Both the position numbers and the translations under genes were made by a program. Source: Mobula hypostoma (lineage: Eukaryota). From it: 64,000 nt of DNA. The notes beneath the pieces are model-generated. The model was not told where the DNA came from. It saw only the letters and a list, made by a program, of their open reading frames with translations, and did no database searches. How positions within the stretch are numbered: the first letter of the stretch is position 1; every line of letters begins with the position of its first letter. The stretch spans positions 151,158,001 to 151,222,000 of the forward strand of contig NC_086097.1 in the NCBI RefSeq assembly GCF_963921235.1, in the 5' to 3' direction. Below, piece by piece: positions 61,901 through 64,000 of this stretch.

Positions 61901-64000
61901 ATATCCTTCCTCAAGTATGGAGACCAGAACTGCACACAGTGCTCCAGGTGCGGCCTCACCAGTACCCTGTATAGTTGCAGCATGACCTCCGTGCTCTTGA
62001 ATTCAATCCCTCTAGCAATGAAGGCCAATGTTCCGTTTGCCTTCTTAATAACCTGTTGTACCTGCAAGTCAACTTTTTGTGATTCATGCACAAGCATTCC
62101 CAAGTCTCTCTGCACATCAGCATGCTGCAATCTTTCACCATTTAAATTATAATCTGCTCTTCTATTATTCCTTCCAAAGTGGATGATCTCGCATTTACCA
62201 ACATTGTATTCCATCTGCCAGACCTTGGCCCACTCACTTAACCTATCAACATCCCTCTGCAGACTCTCCACAACCTCTGTACAATTTGTTTTTCCACTCA
62301 GTTTAGTGTCATCAGCAAATTTTGCTACGCTACACTCAGTCCCCTCTTCCAAATCATCAATGTAAATGGTAAACAGCTGTGGGCCCAGTACTGATCCCGG
62401 TGGCACCCCACTCACCACAGATTGCCAACCGGAGAAACACCCATTTATACCAACTCTCTGCCTTCTATTGGTTAACCAACCCACTATCAATGCCAATATA
62501 CTTCCTCCAACTCCATGCATCCGTATCTTATTTATAAGTCCCTTGTGCAGCACCTTATTGAACACCTTCTGGAAATCCAAGTATACAACATCCACCTGTT
62601 CCCCTCTTTCCACTGCACTTATTATATCCTCAAAGAACTCCAATAAGTTTGTCAAATAGGACCTGCCCTTTCTGAATCTCCTTTCTAAATGTTACGCTAT
62701 TTCTTCTTTAATGACAGCTTTAAGCTTTTTCCCAACTACAGATGTTAAGCTAACTGGCCTATAGTTGCCTGTCTTTTGCCTACATCCTTTTTTAAAAAGG
62801 GGCATGACATTTGCTCTCTTCCAATCCGCCAGGACCTGCCCAGAGTCTAGAGCGTTTTGAGAAATGATTACCAACATATCTACTACAACCTCCGCTAATT
62901 CCTTCAGCACCTTGGGATACATCCTATCAGGACCAGGGGACTTATCTACCTTCAGGTCCTGTAGTTTGCTCATCACTATCTCTGTAGTGACAGTGATTTT
63001 ATCAAGGTCCTCAACTCCCATTTTGTCCATAACATCCTTCTCTGGCATATTAGACGTGTCCTCCACCGTGAAGACCGACACAAATAGTCTTTTAATGCCT
63101 CAGTCATTTCCTTATCACCCAATATCAATTTCCTCTATTCGTCTTCCAAGGGACCTACGTTGACTTTAGCCACCCTCTTCCACTTTATATATTTATAAAA
63201 ACTTTTGCTATCTGTTTTTATATTTTGTGCTAATTTACTTTCATACTCTATCTTCCTTTCCTTATTTCTTGTTTAGTTGTTCTCTTTTGCTTTTTAAAGT
63301 TTGCCCAATCCTCCAGTCTCCCACTACTCTTTGCGACTTTGTATGTACACATGAGCTTTTAATTTGATACTACCTTTTATTTCCTTAGTTATCCAAGGCT
63401 GGCTCCCCACACTTACTGTCCTTACTTTTGACTGAAATACACTTTTGTCGAGCATTGTGAAAAATCTCTCTGAAAGTATTCCACTGTTCCTCAACTGTCC
63501 TACCAATCCACATTAGCCAACTCCTCCCTCATCCTGTTGTAGTCGCCCTTGTTCAAGCATAATACACTAGTTTTAGATCTAACTATTTCATCTTCCATCT
63601 GAATGTGAAATTCAGTCATACTATGATCACTCTTTGCAAGAGGATCCCTGACTACAAGATCGTTAATCTTGCCTGTCTCATTGCACAGGACTAGATCTAA
63701 GATAACATTTTCCCTTGTAGGTTCACTAACATGCTGCTCAAGAAAGCCATCACAGATGCATTCTATGAAGTCCTCCTCAAGACTTCCTTGACCAACCTGA
63801 TACACCCAATCTATGTGGAAGTTAAAATCCCCCATGACAACTGCCGTTCTGTTCTTACAAGCCTCAGTTATTTCTTGATAAATGGCCTCTGCCACTGCAA
63901 TATTTTTATTAGGTGGCCTGTAGACAACATCCACCAGTGATTTTTTTCCCTTTACTCTTCTTAATCTTTACCCAGATGGACTCAACATTCGGATCCATCG
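58933..64000 (-). mobile_element. CR1 LINE (outer copy; 5' end lies beyond the window), split by a nested CR1 at 59350-61815
   Basis: 3' end 58933-59352 (YSLEFRRMRGDL.., tail tttcttatgttcttatg); body 61815-64000 (VVYRPPN, MGDFN, KSDH, FADDTKL, LTYEERLSCL). Confidence 0.95.
59350..61815 (-). mobile_element. 5'-truncated CR1 nested in another CR1
   Basis: ORFs 61106-61819, 60453-60809 and 59440-60456 (GVPQGSVLGPQLF..FAEDTKL); own tail ttttctatgtttcta at 59350-59365. Confidence 0.95.

Noticed and set aside
1..64000. Numerous 60-130 aa ORFs antisense to or overlapping repeats
   Set aside because: They are shadow frames of CR1, Rex and PLE sequence or low-complexity chance ORFs, many with non-ATG starts.

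Overview
This is eukaryotic, repeat-dominated intergenic or intronic DNA with no intact host gene. The repeat mix (CR1 LINEs with a Zn-finger/esterase ORF1, Rex1/Babar LINEs, V-SINEs, Penelope-like elements with hammerhead motifs, an IR/DR Tc1, Gypsy LTR elements) suggests a cartilaginous fish such as a ray or shark; that assignment is inference. Nearly all long ORFs in the track are decayed retroelement fragments, often nested. Four structures stand out. (1) A minus-strand Gypsy provirus (44790-50948, both LTRs, PBS, PPT, near-perfect 5-bp TSD) whose pol is replaced by tail-less CR1 pieces and a spliced RBM25 mRNA fragment fused directly to the integrase C-terminus, a candidate LTR-mediated gene capture. 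(2) A 7.4-kb R4/Dong-type block with 5' and 3' halves in opposite orientation and outward-facing 3' ends, inserted in one Rex 3' UTR. (3) Several minimal hammerhead ribozyme motifs in Penelope termini, including a TSD-flanked palindromic insertion. (4) A composite Tc1-type MITE carrying passenger DNA. Boundaries were read by eye and are approximate unless a junction is quoted; family names come from recognised protein motifs, not database searches.
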